In this document: positions 48,094 through 57,185 of the stretch, one piece after another | Layout: each line of letters begins with the position of its first letter | How positions within the stretch are numbered: position 1 is the first letter of the stretch | NCBI GenBank assembly: GCA_964402035.1 | Contig: CAYOAM010000002.1 | Span: forward strand, 106,111 to 170,110 | Origin: an uncultured Candidatus Saccharibacteria bacterium | Lineage (GTDB): Bacteria > Patescibacteriota > Minisyncoccia > Phycocordibacterales > UBA918 | Direction of reading: 5' to 3' | Length of the DNA: 64,000 bases | The notes under the pieces: generated by a model | What the model was told of the DNA's origin: nothing | Database searches by the model: none | Seen by the model: the letters and a program-made list of their open reading frames with translations, nothing else | Position numbers and translations under genes: made by a program

Positions 48094-49497
48094 CTACCCA
48101 ACCCAAATCCAGAAGAGTCGCTTGATGTACTCCGCGACCCAGTTGACGATCGGGTTCATGTTGACCTTCGCCGGAGCATCGATCTCGTGACCCGGATCAG
48201 GGCAGACGTAGACGAACAGACCCTTACTTCCGAAGATTTTTTCATAGTTCGCATACACCCGTGCAGAATGACGGCTAGTGGTCACCTGCACAAGTGTGAC
48301 ATCCTCACCAGTCGCCGCCTTCAGTGCGTCAACATACTTCTTTGCTTCCTCTGCATTTCCCGGCGTGTCAATTGACTTCGACTCGGCCGCGAGAATCTGT
48401 TCGAGCGGCACCACAGGCGCAGCGTCGAGAGGTTGCATGTCTTGGAGAAGCGCAAACAAGTCAGGATGCTCCGTCACAACCCAACATGCCATCGCTTCAT
48501 CTGACTCGGTGTATGTTCCTGCATGCGTACCAGCCACCTTTTGTTGGTGCGGCGGATGGTAGCCTGACGGCAGATAGAAGACGTGGAGTCCTCCATGTGT
48601 GAGAGCAGTACCGCCCAACAGCCGCGCATAGTGCGCCTCTCGGCCGAGACCTGTGCCAAAGTTCGCCGTAAGCAGAACGATCCCGCGAAGCGACGAGAGA
48701 TCAGTGATCCGCGCCGGATGCGTAATCGGAAGCACGAGTGCAGCAGCCATCCGATCCAACATAGCGACAATTGGACCACTTCCAGCCCTATGACGGGCAA
48801 GCTCTTGATAAGCTGCGATCCGCTCAGTATTGCCCTTCTTCATATCGAGCGCAACAGCTGCGAGTTTTGCGATACTTCGCCACGTATTCCTTGGGAGATC
48901 ATTCACGAGATGTGAGAAGATTTTTGCACTGATGACGTGCATCATTGAGAGACGTGACGGCTTTTGCGCGACACCGATACACACTTCGTGGTTGTGCCGA
49001 CGGTAGTCTTTCTTGATGAGATCAAAGAAATATCGTGCCCGCTGGTCCTTGTAGATAAAGTGCTCCCAGTCGATGCGTGCATCGTTACCATTGAGCACAT
49101 TGACGAGCATTGGCGTTCCATACGCGGAGTCTTCCAAAGTCACGCCAAGCGACTGTTCGATGAAGTCGAAAATGCCAACTTCGCGCAAAACAGCAAAGAA
49201 CCACTTAAAGTCAAAGCCGTACTTGTGTGCACGCTGCTTGACTTCATCCGCAGTAAAGCTCGGGCTAATCGTCGGACGAGCGTTCTGCTTCTCGAGTGTC
49301 GGGGAGCTGGGCATGCAGAGGCACCGACGGTCATGGAAGCGACTTTTGATGATCTTCTGTGCACGTCTCTCGGGGTGTCGCCCCATCTTCCGCTCAACTT
49401 CGAGCTTCCTCTTCTTTCTATTTCCAGAGATAGTTGCAGAAACCTCGAGATTGATCCGGCGTGCCCACTCCAAACTTCCAACAACCAAGTCCGACAT
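48094..49497 (-). CDS. Protein with a C-terminal YdcF/ElyC (DUF218)-like domain and an unknown N-terminal region
   Basis: E.MA...VP...I..ESKSIDTPGNA...VTTSRHSARV...EYIK resembles the DUF218 pattern; GGAGG Shine-Dalgarno upstream. Confidence 0.65.
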   Translation of the reverse strand: MSDLVVGSLEWARRINLEVSATISGNRKKRKLEVERKMGRHPERRAQKIIKSRFHDRRCLCMPSSPTLEKQNARPTISPSFTADEVKQRAHKYGFDFKWFFAVLREVGIFDFIEQSLGVTLEDSAYGTPMLVNVLNGNDARIDWEHFIYKDQRARYFFDLIKKDYRRHNHEVCIGVAQKPSRLSMMHVISAKIFSHLVNDLPRNTWRSIAKLAAVALDMKKGNTERIAAYQELARHRAGSGPIVAMLDRMAAALVLPITHPARITDLSSLRGIVLLTANFGTGLGREAHYARLLGGTALTHGGLHVFYLPSGYHPPHQQKVAGTHAGTYTESDEAMACWVVTEHPDLFALLQDMQPLDAAPVVPLEQILAAESKSIDTPGNAEEAKKYVDALKAATGEDVTLVQVTTSRHSARVYANYEKIFGSKGLFVYVCPDPGHEIDAPAKVNMNPIVNWVAEYIKRLFWIWVG

Positions 49498-49601
49498 TTT
49501 GTCCTCCGTGACAAATGTGAATGTGACAAAAAAACAAAGAGCCGAAAGGCTCTCTAACCGGGCGGCATTATGCCATATGTTTTAGAAAAAAACAATAAGA
49601 A

Positions 49602-49626
49602 AAAGGGCCTACACGGTAGACCCTTT
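49602..49626 (-). terminator. Intrinsic terminator after the Gfo/Idh/MocA-like gene
   Basis: Minus strand AAAGGGTCTAC-CGT-GTAGGCCCTTT followed by TTCTTATT. Confidence 0.7.
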
Positions 49627-49653
49627 ACTGAATGAATTTAGGCCAGTTCGTTC

Positions 49654-50757
49654 TCAAAGCCGAGGAGAACTGTTCCTAGCGTCTTCAGCAATGCGAATAG
49701 CGCAACTTGCCGCTTGGAGGTGTCCATCAAAATTTGGAAGTTCCTTGTTGAAGAAAAAGTAGATCTCCTGTGCAGCAAAGCGCATTGGATCTACGATTGG
49801 TGTGAGGTCTATCTCTCCGCCGGAATGTGGCAGGAGCGTGACCTTTACACGACCATCTTGGAGATTGCCGATGATATTGCCGTTCTGGCCCATGACCAAA
49901 AGCGACCACTCGGACTTCTCGCCTTCGGGCACCACACCGCACCTCACCTTGATCGCATTGGTGAGATGATGAGGTGTATAGCCTTGAAGGCGCATGTCAA
50001 TGAGTAGATCGACCTGACCTACTGACGAACGTGGCATGAGACCCTTGCCAGTCTCGTCCAATGTGTGCACGTGCACAGCGGCTAGACTTGCACCCTTACG
50101 CTCTACCATGAGCCCGCACGCCACAAGAGGCGCAACAACGTGTGGAAGGAGATCATTCGAGACACCGCCTCTTGGCACCTCCGCTTTCTCTTGATTTAAG
50201 AACCATGGCGGTTCCATTTCAAGAGGAACAGCTTCGACACCAGTGACTGAGATATCGGAAACCGTGCCGAGATACGCGTCCCCCATACCACAGATTGATC
50301 CGGGGCTTGCAAGGTATACCAGCCGTGGATCAGTACTGTCTACAAGACCAAGCAATGCTCGGATACCGAAAAGCTTCAGGATGTAATGATCGTGGGCGTG
50401 GAGCCTGAGCCCCTTTTCCCTGATCAAAGCCATGAGTATCTCAAGCTCTAGACGCGAATGCACAAGCGGCTTTTCGACGACGAAGTTTTTGAAGCCTTGT
50501 TCAGAGAGAGCGCGGACAATCTCCAGATGCTCTATCGTGAGCACAAAGATGATCGCGTCACGTGGAGCATTTTTCGGTATATGGTCGACAGATGACACCG
50601 TCCACACACCACGTCTCCCTGCAATAGCACGCTCCGCACGTGCATTGTCTCGCTCTACAAAGCCGATAATCTTGAAACCAACTGCTTCTTTCAGTGCGCG
50701 CTTCCAGTAGCCGCTCCAAACGTCACCGGCGCCGAAAACAATGATGTTCTTGACCAT
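49654..50757 (-). CDS. Divergent Gfo/Idh/MocA-family oxidoreductase
   Basis: VFGAG, VVEKP, DHY, DLLPH; start MVKNI at 50757 with AGGAG SD and TTGATT-N17-CATTCT promoter. Confidence 0.75.
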   Translation of the reverse strand: MVKNIIVFGAGDVWSGYWKRALKEAVGFKIIGFVERDNARAERAIAGRRGVWTVSSVDHIPKNAPRDAIIFVLTIEHLEIVRALSEQGFKNFVVEKPLVHSRLELEILMALIREKGLRLHAHDHYILKLFGIRALLGLVDSTDPRLVYLASPGSICGMGDAYLGTVSDISVTGVEAVPLEMEPPWFLNQEKAEVPRGGVSNDLLPHVVAPLVACGLMVERKGASLAAVHVHTLDETGKGLMPRSSVGQVDLLIDMRLQGYTPHHLTNAIKVRCGVVPEGEKSEWSLLVMGQNGNIIGNLQDGRVKVTLLPHSGGEIDLTPIVDPMRFAAQEIYFFFNKELPNFDGHLQAASCAIRIAEDARNSSPRL

Positions 50758-50877
50758 GTGAACTCCTATAAAAGATTCAGACCGGTGGCAGAATGCCACA
50801 TTTTTGAAATATAATCAAGGTCTTTTCACGTAACATCCCGCGCATACACCACGTCGATCAGAGGTGTATACACTTAT

Positions 50878-52314
50878 TTATTGTGTATGTTTTAGGTACT
50901 CGAGACCCGAGCCTTCACGATACATCGCGCGAACTGACCCCAATATGTAATCAAAATGTCCTTCAGAAAGATTTTGGTGAATCGGGAAAAAGATAGCGCT
51001 GTTGTGGTAAAAGTTTCCGCACTCAACACCAAACGATCTCACGAACGCACTGATTTCTCGCATCCGTTTCTCATTTTCTATCTTGAGAATAAATGCACCA
51101 GGCACTTCTGTCTGTTTAAGCGGAAAAAACGTTTTGTCGGTGCCAACGCATTTTTGCACGTACTCATAGTTGCTACGACGCTTGCTGTTAATACTCTCCT
51201 CATCCTTCATGTAGTGAGAAAGTTGCTGCATGACCACATCTTCTTTGCCAGTATCAACGCATGCAAAGGTATCCCAGATATACTGATATTCAAATTTCTT
51301 GCCCACCAGAAAACCTCCAAACTGTGTTGGAAAGTTTTTTGTCACCGAATAAATAACATAATCACCAAAAGTTCCTGCTTCCCCACTTTGCCATGCGTAT
51401 GCACAGTCTTCGACCAAGATAATGTTGTGCTTCGTCGCATAGTCTCGCAACGCACGGACTTCTTCATTAAAAAAGCCAAACTCGTGTATGACAAAAATTG
51501 CCTTGGTCTGCGGTGTTATCTCTCGATTCCAGCCACAGCTCTGTTCAATAGCGCTCGTAACACAACTACTGATATAGAGAGAGTTGGTTGTTGTTTTTAT
51601 ACATACTTCATCTGTTGCGCAAAGTACGCCCTCAAGTGTGAGCCATCGAAAGAGTGAATAAATGGCGTACGTTGCTCGCGGGAAAAAAGTGTATTCTCGA
51701 CCGCCAAATTTTTTAGCAAGCGCAGCGGAAACATCAAACGTCGGGTCTGGTCGCACCGCCAGTGTCTCATTGTCGAACGGATTGATGAGAATCTGCGGCT
51801 TGTATTCCGGTGGACGCATAATGACCGAATAATCATCGTTTTGCCACCCTGAAAAAAATTTCTGCAATTTCGGTTTATACGAAGCACCCACATCAAAAGA
51901 CGTGTACTCGCTTCCCGAAAAGGTCTCCACGATATGCCAAACGAGTAGCGGCGAAATCTGTTTTTCTCTCCCCTCTTCATTGACGGCATTAAAATGCAAA
52001 AAAAGCTGCCCTCCTGTTTCCACGATGATAGTACCTCCCACTAGACGATCATCGATGTATGCGAAATACATTTTCTGTCGTGCAGGATCAATAGCCTCTG
52101 GAAGATCCTCACGATTCGGACAAAAAGGATAGAACAACGCTACGTCTTCCTTGCTCCCAGCGACCTCTCTGATGGTTGGATTATACGATTGTGCCTTGCG
52201 GATAGCAGTTCGCATACGCTTGTCGATATTCTTCCACGCATGCTCACGCTCAAGACGCAACACACTACCTTTTATAAGGTAGTCTTTAGAAACATATTTT
52301 TTGTATGCGGTCAT
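50878..52314 (-). CDS. GNAT/FemAB-like domain fused to a DegT-like PLP domain
   Basis: N-terminal KRMRTAIRKA...LLVWHIV...FDVG; C-terminal VIHEFG, VEDCAY, YSVTKNF, FPIHQ. Confidence 0.75.
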   Translation of the reverse strand: MTAYKKYVSKDYLIKGSVLRLEREHAWKNIDKRMRTAIRKAQSYNPTIREVAGSKEDVALFYPFCPNREDLPEAIDPARQKMYFAYIDDRLVGGTIIVETGGQLFLHFNAVNEEGREKQISPLLVWHIVETFSGSEYTSFDVGASYKPKLQKFFSGWQNDDYSVIMRPPEYKPQILINPFDNETLAVRPDPTFDVSAALAKKFGGREYTFFPRATYAIYSLFRWLTLEGVLCATDEVCIKTTTNSLYISSCVTSAIEQSCGWNREITPQTKAIFVIHEFGFFNEEVRALRDYATKHNIILVEDCAYAWQSGEAGTFGDYVIYSVTKNFPTQFGGFLVGKKFEYQYIWDTFACVDTGKEDVVMQQLSHYMKDEESINSKRRSNYEYVQKCVGTDKTFFPLKQTEVPGAFILKIENEKRMREISAFVRSFGVECGNFYHNSAIFFPIHQNLSEGHFDYILGSVRAMYREGSGLEYLKHTQ

Positions 52315-52330
52315 ACTCTAGTGAAGACTG

Positions 52331-53344
52331 TCACTCTAATATAATCTGTACACCGCCTGAAGCAAGCGATAGATCGGCAGCCTCCAAAATACGCACGACC
52401 GCAAGACCAGCTTCTCCATTGGTGAGTGTTGCTTCACCCGTCTTCAGAGCAGCGAGAAAATGCAAACACTCACGCTGTAGCGCTTCCTGGCCATCATACA
52501 TGGGAATATGCACGTCGCCACTGCGATATACCGGCTCAAAGGTATTGAGATCCATTTCATCAAGGTCGATACCTTTGTTGTACACTTTTATTTTTTCAAA
52601 TGGATGTATGTCATCAAAGTAGATCATCTTTTTGTGACCACCAATAGTCATCTGCCGTAATTTTACCGGCGAAAGCCAACTCACATGAATGTGCGCCACA
52701 AACCCTGACTCATACTGTATTGACACATGCGCCAGTTCGGCACCTTTCCGCACCACATGTCCGGTCCCCACTGCCGAAACGCTCTTTGGGGTACCACCAT
52801 AAATATAGTTGAGTATGGCAATGTCATGTGGCGCAAGGTCCCAAAACACATTTACATCGGGCTGAATAAGACCGAGATTGATGCGCGACGAATCAAAGTA
52901 GAAGAGATCTCCAAGCTCGCCTGAATCAACAATTTCTTTTATTTTTCGCACCGGACCATAATAAATAAACGTGTGATCAACATGCAAAATAAGGTTATTC
53001 TTTTTTGCGATAGCGATAAGTTCACGCGCCTGCGCTGACGTCTCGGTCATCGGCTTTTCCACGAATACATGTTTGCCACTTTCGAGCGCTCGCTTGGCAA
53101 GCGCAAAGTGCGTACGTACAGGAGTCGCTATCACCACCACATCAAGATTCGGGTCATTAAAAAGTATGTCGGCATCAGTCACCAACGTTGTGTGCTTATA
53201 CGCTTCACGATACCGCTCTAGTCGTTCAGGTTTTGCATCGCATATATAGGATAGTGTGCACTCACGCAACGAATCAAAGTTGCGGATGAGATTACCCCCC
53301 CAATATCCAGCACCAATAATACCAACAGTTACTCTAGGTTCCAT
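52331..53344 (-). CDS. Gfo/Idh/MocA-family oxidoreductase (NDP-sugar 3-dehydrogenase-like)
   Basis: GAGYWG, HVFVEKP, WDLAPHD. Confidence 0.92.
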   Translation of the reverse strand: MEPRVTVGIIGAGYWGGNLIRNFDSLRECTLSYICDAKPERLERYREAYKHTTLVTDADILFNDPNLDVVVIATPVRTHFALAKRALESGKHVFVEKPMTETSAQARELIAIAKKNNLILHVDHTFIYYGPVRKIKEIVDSGELGDLFYFDSSRINLGLIQPDVNVFWDLAPHDIAILNYIYGGTPKSVSAVGTGHVVRKGAELAHVSIQYESGFVAHIHVSWLSPVKLRQMTIGGHKKMIYFDDIHPFEKIKVYNKGIDLDEMDLNTFEPVYRSGDVHIPMYDGQEALQRECLHFLAALKTGEATLTNGEAGLAVVRILEAADLSLASGGVQIILE

Positions 53345-53481
53345 ATACAGTGGCTCGATACATTATAATACTCCGCAAATGCCTGTTTAGTAACAACAAA
53401 TGACCAATACGGCAACAAAGTACAGGAGTTGGACATGTATGTGATTTGTACCAGACCCCACAAACAACAAGCACCTCTATA

Positions 53482-54201
53482 TTAGAATTCCCCCGCTTCA
53501 GCTACGGCCAATTCCTCGGGAGTATCTATTTCAAACCAATCACATACCCCAACATCTTGCGCGGTGATGATCCGTCCTTGTGCAATTTCTTCTCGAAAGA
53601 TATGCTCCACAGTTGTCGTCACGGGATCCAATTCTTTTTTCAATTTTTCTACGACCCTGCGCATCGCCGGCATGCGCTCCGCAGACACAAACCAGAATCC
53701 CGTATAGATCGCGTCAAAGTCCGTGAGCGTTTTTGACATCGCAAGCACACGGTTCCCCTCCGCCACTTTTATTGTCATCACATCATCAGCGTTACCCCTA
53801 AGATCAAAACTACCGTACACCGAAAAATCATGGAGCTGTGTTTTCATGGCTGCGAGCGTGTGTGGTCGCATCACGTAGTCTACATTGATAACAAATATGG
53901 ACTCATCGTCATGGACGAGTGGCAATGCAGCATCAAGACTTAGGAGATTTTGCATGGTGTACTGCGTGTTTTCGACGACCTCAATTGATGGATCTATGGC
54001 ATGTACCGTACGTGCTAGATCTTCAAAATAAAACCCGCCAACAACAATAATTCGAGAAAGCCCCAGTGCCCGCGCATGGTCAATAGCATACTGGACGAGT
54101 GGTTTGCCATGCACTTCGACAAGCGCTTTCGGCTTAGTTGTTGTGAGCTCACGCATCCGCTTCCCCATCCCAGCAGCCAAAATTATTCCAACAGTGTTCA
54201 T
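53482..54201 (-). CDS. Sugar/alcohol-phosphate nucleotidyltransferase (LicC/IPCT-like)
   Basis: ILAAGMGKRM...PKAL, WFEIDTPEEL. Confidence 0.88.
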   Translation of the reverse strand: MNTVGIILAAGMGKRMRELTTTKPKALVEVHGKPLVQYAIDHARALGLSRIIVVGGFYFEDLARTVHAIDPSIEVVENTQYTMQNLLSLDAALPLVHDDESIFVINVDYVMRPHTLAAMKTQLHDFSVYGSFDLRGNADDVMTIKVAEGNRVLAMSKTLTDFDAIYTGFWFVSAERMPAMRRVVEKLKKELDPVTTTVEHIFREEIAQGRIITAQDVGVCDWFEIDTPEELAVAEAGEF

Positions 54202-54213
54202 ATGATATGCGTG

Positions 54214-55158
54214 TTACTCAATACTCTTCAATAATACACGCTCATCCTCATTCGTAAAATCTATAAAGCGCTCCATACATTGGAGCGAAGCAGCTACAGC
54301 ATGTTCCTTGTCTCGCACCGCAGCAAAAGGACCAATAAACACTTCTCGCACCAATCGATATTTAAATGCAGCTACTAAGGAATCTCGCTCAACCAGAGTC
54401 AGCTTCCGTACCGATTGATATCCACTCATGAATGCGTAGCAGCGGTCAAATGACAATCGTGATCCATCATACCCCTCCCACAGCAATGTCGTCATCATAT
54501 CGTGGAGAAATGTTCCATAGTACGCATTATCAAAATCAATAATACCGGTCACGGTACCGCCCCGCAAAATGATATTCTCCTTCTTTGTATCTTGGTGCGT
54601 TATGCCGGTCGGTAACGTGGGAGGAAATACAAATGACGCATGGTGTGTTTCAAAAAAATCAACAACGACATCAAAACCTGGTATCTCTGAATCAAGAAAT
54701 AATTCCCGATGTTTAACAAATAGCATCGAAAGACTTTCTCCTTCCCAAACTGTTTTCTTGGCACACGACACGGTAGCAGCCGGTATCGTATGCATCCGCG
54801 CAAGTAGCAGTCCCACCACCCTGAGCTGATCCGTATTAAGTGAACCCGCGACATCACCTGGAATAAAGGTCGCGAGAATAGATGGTTTGTTTTCAAAATC
54901 TGTGGCGAGCGCACCGCTACGTGTCGGTACGAGAACGGGAGAAGGAAAACCAACAGTACGCAACGCTTCTAGGATGGAGAGCTCACAGAGAATTTCTTCT
55001 GCTGTTTTCTCTTCATAGATTCGGAGCACAAATGCACCATGGTCGGTTTCAATTTTAAAACTTGAATTCACCTTTCCTCCTCGAAATGTTTCGGTACCAC
55101 GTACCACGTACCCATAATGCTCTCGCACATGCGCTTCAATCTGAGGTGCGGTATACAT
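54214..55158 (-). CDS. APH/choline-kinase/type II homoserine-kinase-fold phosphotransferase
   Basis: FVLRIY, LARMH, HQDTKKENI (Brenner motif), IIDFD. Confidence 0.88.
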   Translation of the reverse strand: MYTAPQIEAHVREHYGYVVRGTETFRGGKVNSSFKIETDHGAFVLRIYEEKTAEEILCELSILEALRTVGFPSPVLVPTRSGALATDFENKPSILATFIPGDVAGSLNTDQLRVVGLLLARMHTIPAATVSCAKKTVWEGESLSMLFVKHRELFLDSEIPGFDVVVDFFETHHASFVFPPTLPTGITHQDTKKENIILRGGTVTGIIDFDNAYYGTFLHDMMTTLLWEGYDGSRLSFDRCYAFMSGYQSVRKLTLVERDSLVAAFKYRLVREVFIGPFAAVRDKEHAVAASLQCMERFIDFTNEDERVLLKSIE

Positions 55159-55161
55159 ACG

Positions 55162-57036
55162 CTAAGCCTTTGACTTGTTGATATCGACAGCGCGGCGCAA
55201 TACCTCAAAATCTACCGGCACGCTATATACTCCGCGATCGTGCCAAATCGTGCCCACTGATTGTGGCAACGCCATATGTGGCAGCCCTTTGACATAGTGT
55301 TTGTCATAATGGAGCGCATTCAAAATATCATCAGCAGTGATGAGTGCTGGCACGGTTGTCGGTAGTTTGTATCGTTCCAAGAGATCATAGTGCATGCGTA
55401 CCGTTTCCTTGTCAGCGATCCCCAAAAGCCGCGCCACCTCCGCAGACACAGCCATCCCAATAGCCACCGCCTCCCCATGCAACAGTTCATATGACGAGAG
55501 GTGTTCAAGCGCATGACCAACGCTGTGTCCATACTGCGGCAACATTTCATTGCGATCGTTATAGACATCACCATTGAGCAGTGGGACCTTAAGGGCAATC
55601 GTCGTTTTAATAATATCTTCAAGCACATCAACATCCCCGAGGCGATCAGCATACCCGAGCAGAGTTTCTACGAATGCTGGATCTTGGGTCAAGGCATGCT
55701 TGAGCGATTCAGCGATTCCATTGCGTAAATGTCGTGGATCGAGCGTGAGGAGAACTTCAGGATCAATGAGGATTTTAGTTGCTGGATAATAGCTACCGAT
55801 AAGATTTTTTCCTGATCGCGAATTGATAGCCTGCTTAAAATCAAGAGCGGCATCCACCTGCGACATCGACGATGTTGAAATATGCATGAGCTCAATACCG
55901 CGGTACAACGTTGACGCAAGCACACCCGCAAGGTTATTAACGACACCTCCTCCCAGCGAAAAGATAATGGAATTTTTATCCATACCGTATGAAAAAACTC
56001 CGTCAGCAATATGTGAATATTCATCAATATTTTTTGACTGCTCCCCTTCTGGTACGACGAATTTTTTGACGTTATACCCGCATTCAAGAAAACTATTGAG
56101 TACCGCGTCGCCGTAGAGTGCATCAACACGATCGTCGGTCACGATAAAGTGCGCTGAATCTGCTTTCTTCTCTGGAATAAGACGAATCGCTCCAAGATTT
56201 TTTATCAGTCCTCGTTCAACCACGATATCGCTCTCCATATGTTTATCGCGCGTGAAAAAAGAAAAACGAGTGGTATCACGCATTGCGCTACGTGAAGCAT
56301 GTTTCTCTCGCGGCTGCTCCATATTGCGTACGAGCATGTTGGCACGCACATGGATTGCTGGAGTATTCACGTCGTACCAATCATCGTACGGCCATGGTAT
56401 AAGTCCCAATGATTTTTCTTCCGAAAGTGCTCGCAATAATTCTTCAAAACGATTGATACTTTTTGCAGCAATAAGATTTCCCATTTCAATGTGCCGTCCA
56501 AATGGTACGACATACACCCCGGCTTCAACCGCATTATGATCCTCTATGTCAGTACCGATATGTGTTGCTGAGCCGTCGACAATACGAACGCGCGATTGTG
56601 CACCCGAACGAGCAAGGTGTTCAAGGTCAGTTCCAACCAGTGTATAGAGAGCGTGCGATCCATCGCGCGCTATATCCATAAGACTTACAAATGGATTTTG
56701 CGCAAAAACCAAATCGGCCATCGTCACAATCGTGGGAGCATTGCAGGTCGTGCATCCCACCAAAAATGATGAGAGCAGTCCCTGTACTCCTGCATCCTGT
56801 TGATCGGCAAAAGAAATGCGTGCGGTAATATCATGATGTCCGGTAAGCTCGCGGCGTATTTCATCGCCGCGGTATCCGACCACAATTAAAATATCTTCAA
56901 TGCCTGCTTCTTCAAGCTGGTGCACGAGACGAACAATCATCGGCTCGTGACCAATGCGTACGAGTGGTTTCGGGTTATCGTGCCGATCAAGTCGTGCTCC
57001 CTTTCCCGCTGCAAGAATAACTGCCTTTGGTTTCAT
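55162..57036 (-). CDS. Nucleotidyltransferase fused to a sugar-phosphate cyclase (DHQS superfamily, 2-deoxy-scyllo-inosose-synthase-like)
   Basis: N-terminal ILAAGKGARL..PKPL...WYDVNTP; C-terminal GGGVVNNLAG, YRGI, KQAIN, GKNLIGSYY, YGHSVGHALE, HGEAVAIGM. Confidence 0.85.
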   Translation of the reverse strand: MKPKAVILAAGKGARLDRHDNPKPLVRIGHEPMIVRLVHQLEEAGIEDILIVVGYRGDEIRRELTGHHDITARISFADQQDAGVQGLLSSFLVGCTTCNAPTIVTMADLVFAQNPFVSLMDIARDGSHALYTLVGTDLEHLARSGAQSRVRIVDGSATHIGTDIEDHNAVEAGVYVVPFGRHIEMGNLIAAKSINRFEELLRALSEEKSLGLIPWPYDDWYDVNTPAIHVRANMLVRNMEQPREKHASRSAMRDTTRFSFFTRDKHMESDIVVERGLIKNLGAIRLIPEKKADSAHFIVTDDRVDALYGDAVLNSFLECGYNVKKFVVPEGEQSKNIDEYSHIADGVFSYGMDKNSIIFSLGGGVVNNLAGVLASTLYRGIELMHISTSSMSQVDAALDFKQAINSRSGKNLIGSYYPATKILIDPEVLLTLDPRHLRNGIAESLKHALTQDPAFVETLLGYADRLGDVDVLEDIIKTTIALKVPLLNGDVYNDRNEMLPQYGHSVGHALEHLSSYELLHGEAVAIGMAVSAEVARLLGIADKETVRMHYDLLERYKLPTTVPALITADDILNALHYDKHYVKGLPHMALPQSVGTIWHDRGVYSVPVDFEVLRRAVDINKSKA

Positions 57037-57099
57037 TACGCGGATTATAACAGAGTGTACTGACTTTTAGTGGCAATATTTTTATCACTGAGGTGCTAA

Positions 57100-57128
57100 T
57101 TGATTTAAAGTTAAAATCGTTGTATAAT
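57100..57128 (+). promoter_or_regulatory. Sigma70-type promoter of the inositol monophosphatase gene, divergent from the cyclase operon
   Basis: TTGATT-N17-TATAAT. Confidence 0.75.
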
Positions 57129-57185
57129 CGCATCACGTTGTTCTTACGTTCTTCATATCTTGCCCTTGAACCCCTGGAGAGAAAA

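Noticed and set aside
53345-53481. 137-bp intergenic gap as a possible ncRNA
   Set aside because: No convincing stem-loops or repeats; probably only a promoter region.
55162-57036. Ordinary aroB
   Set aside because: Motifs (NNLAG, KQAIN, QYGH) differ from AroB and no other shikimate genes are nearby; not formally excluded without a phylogeny.
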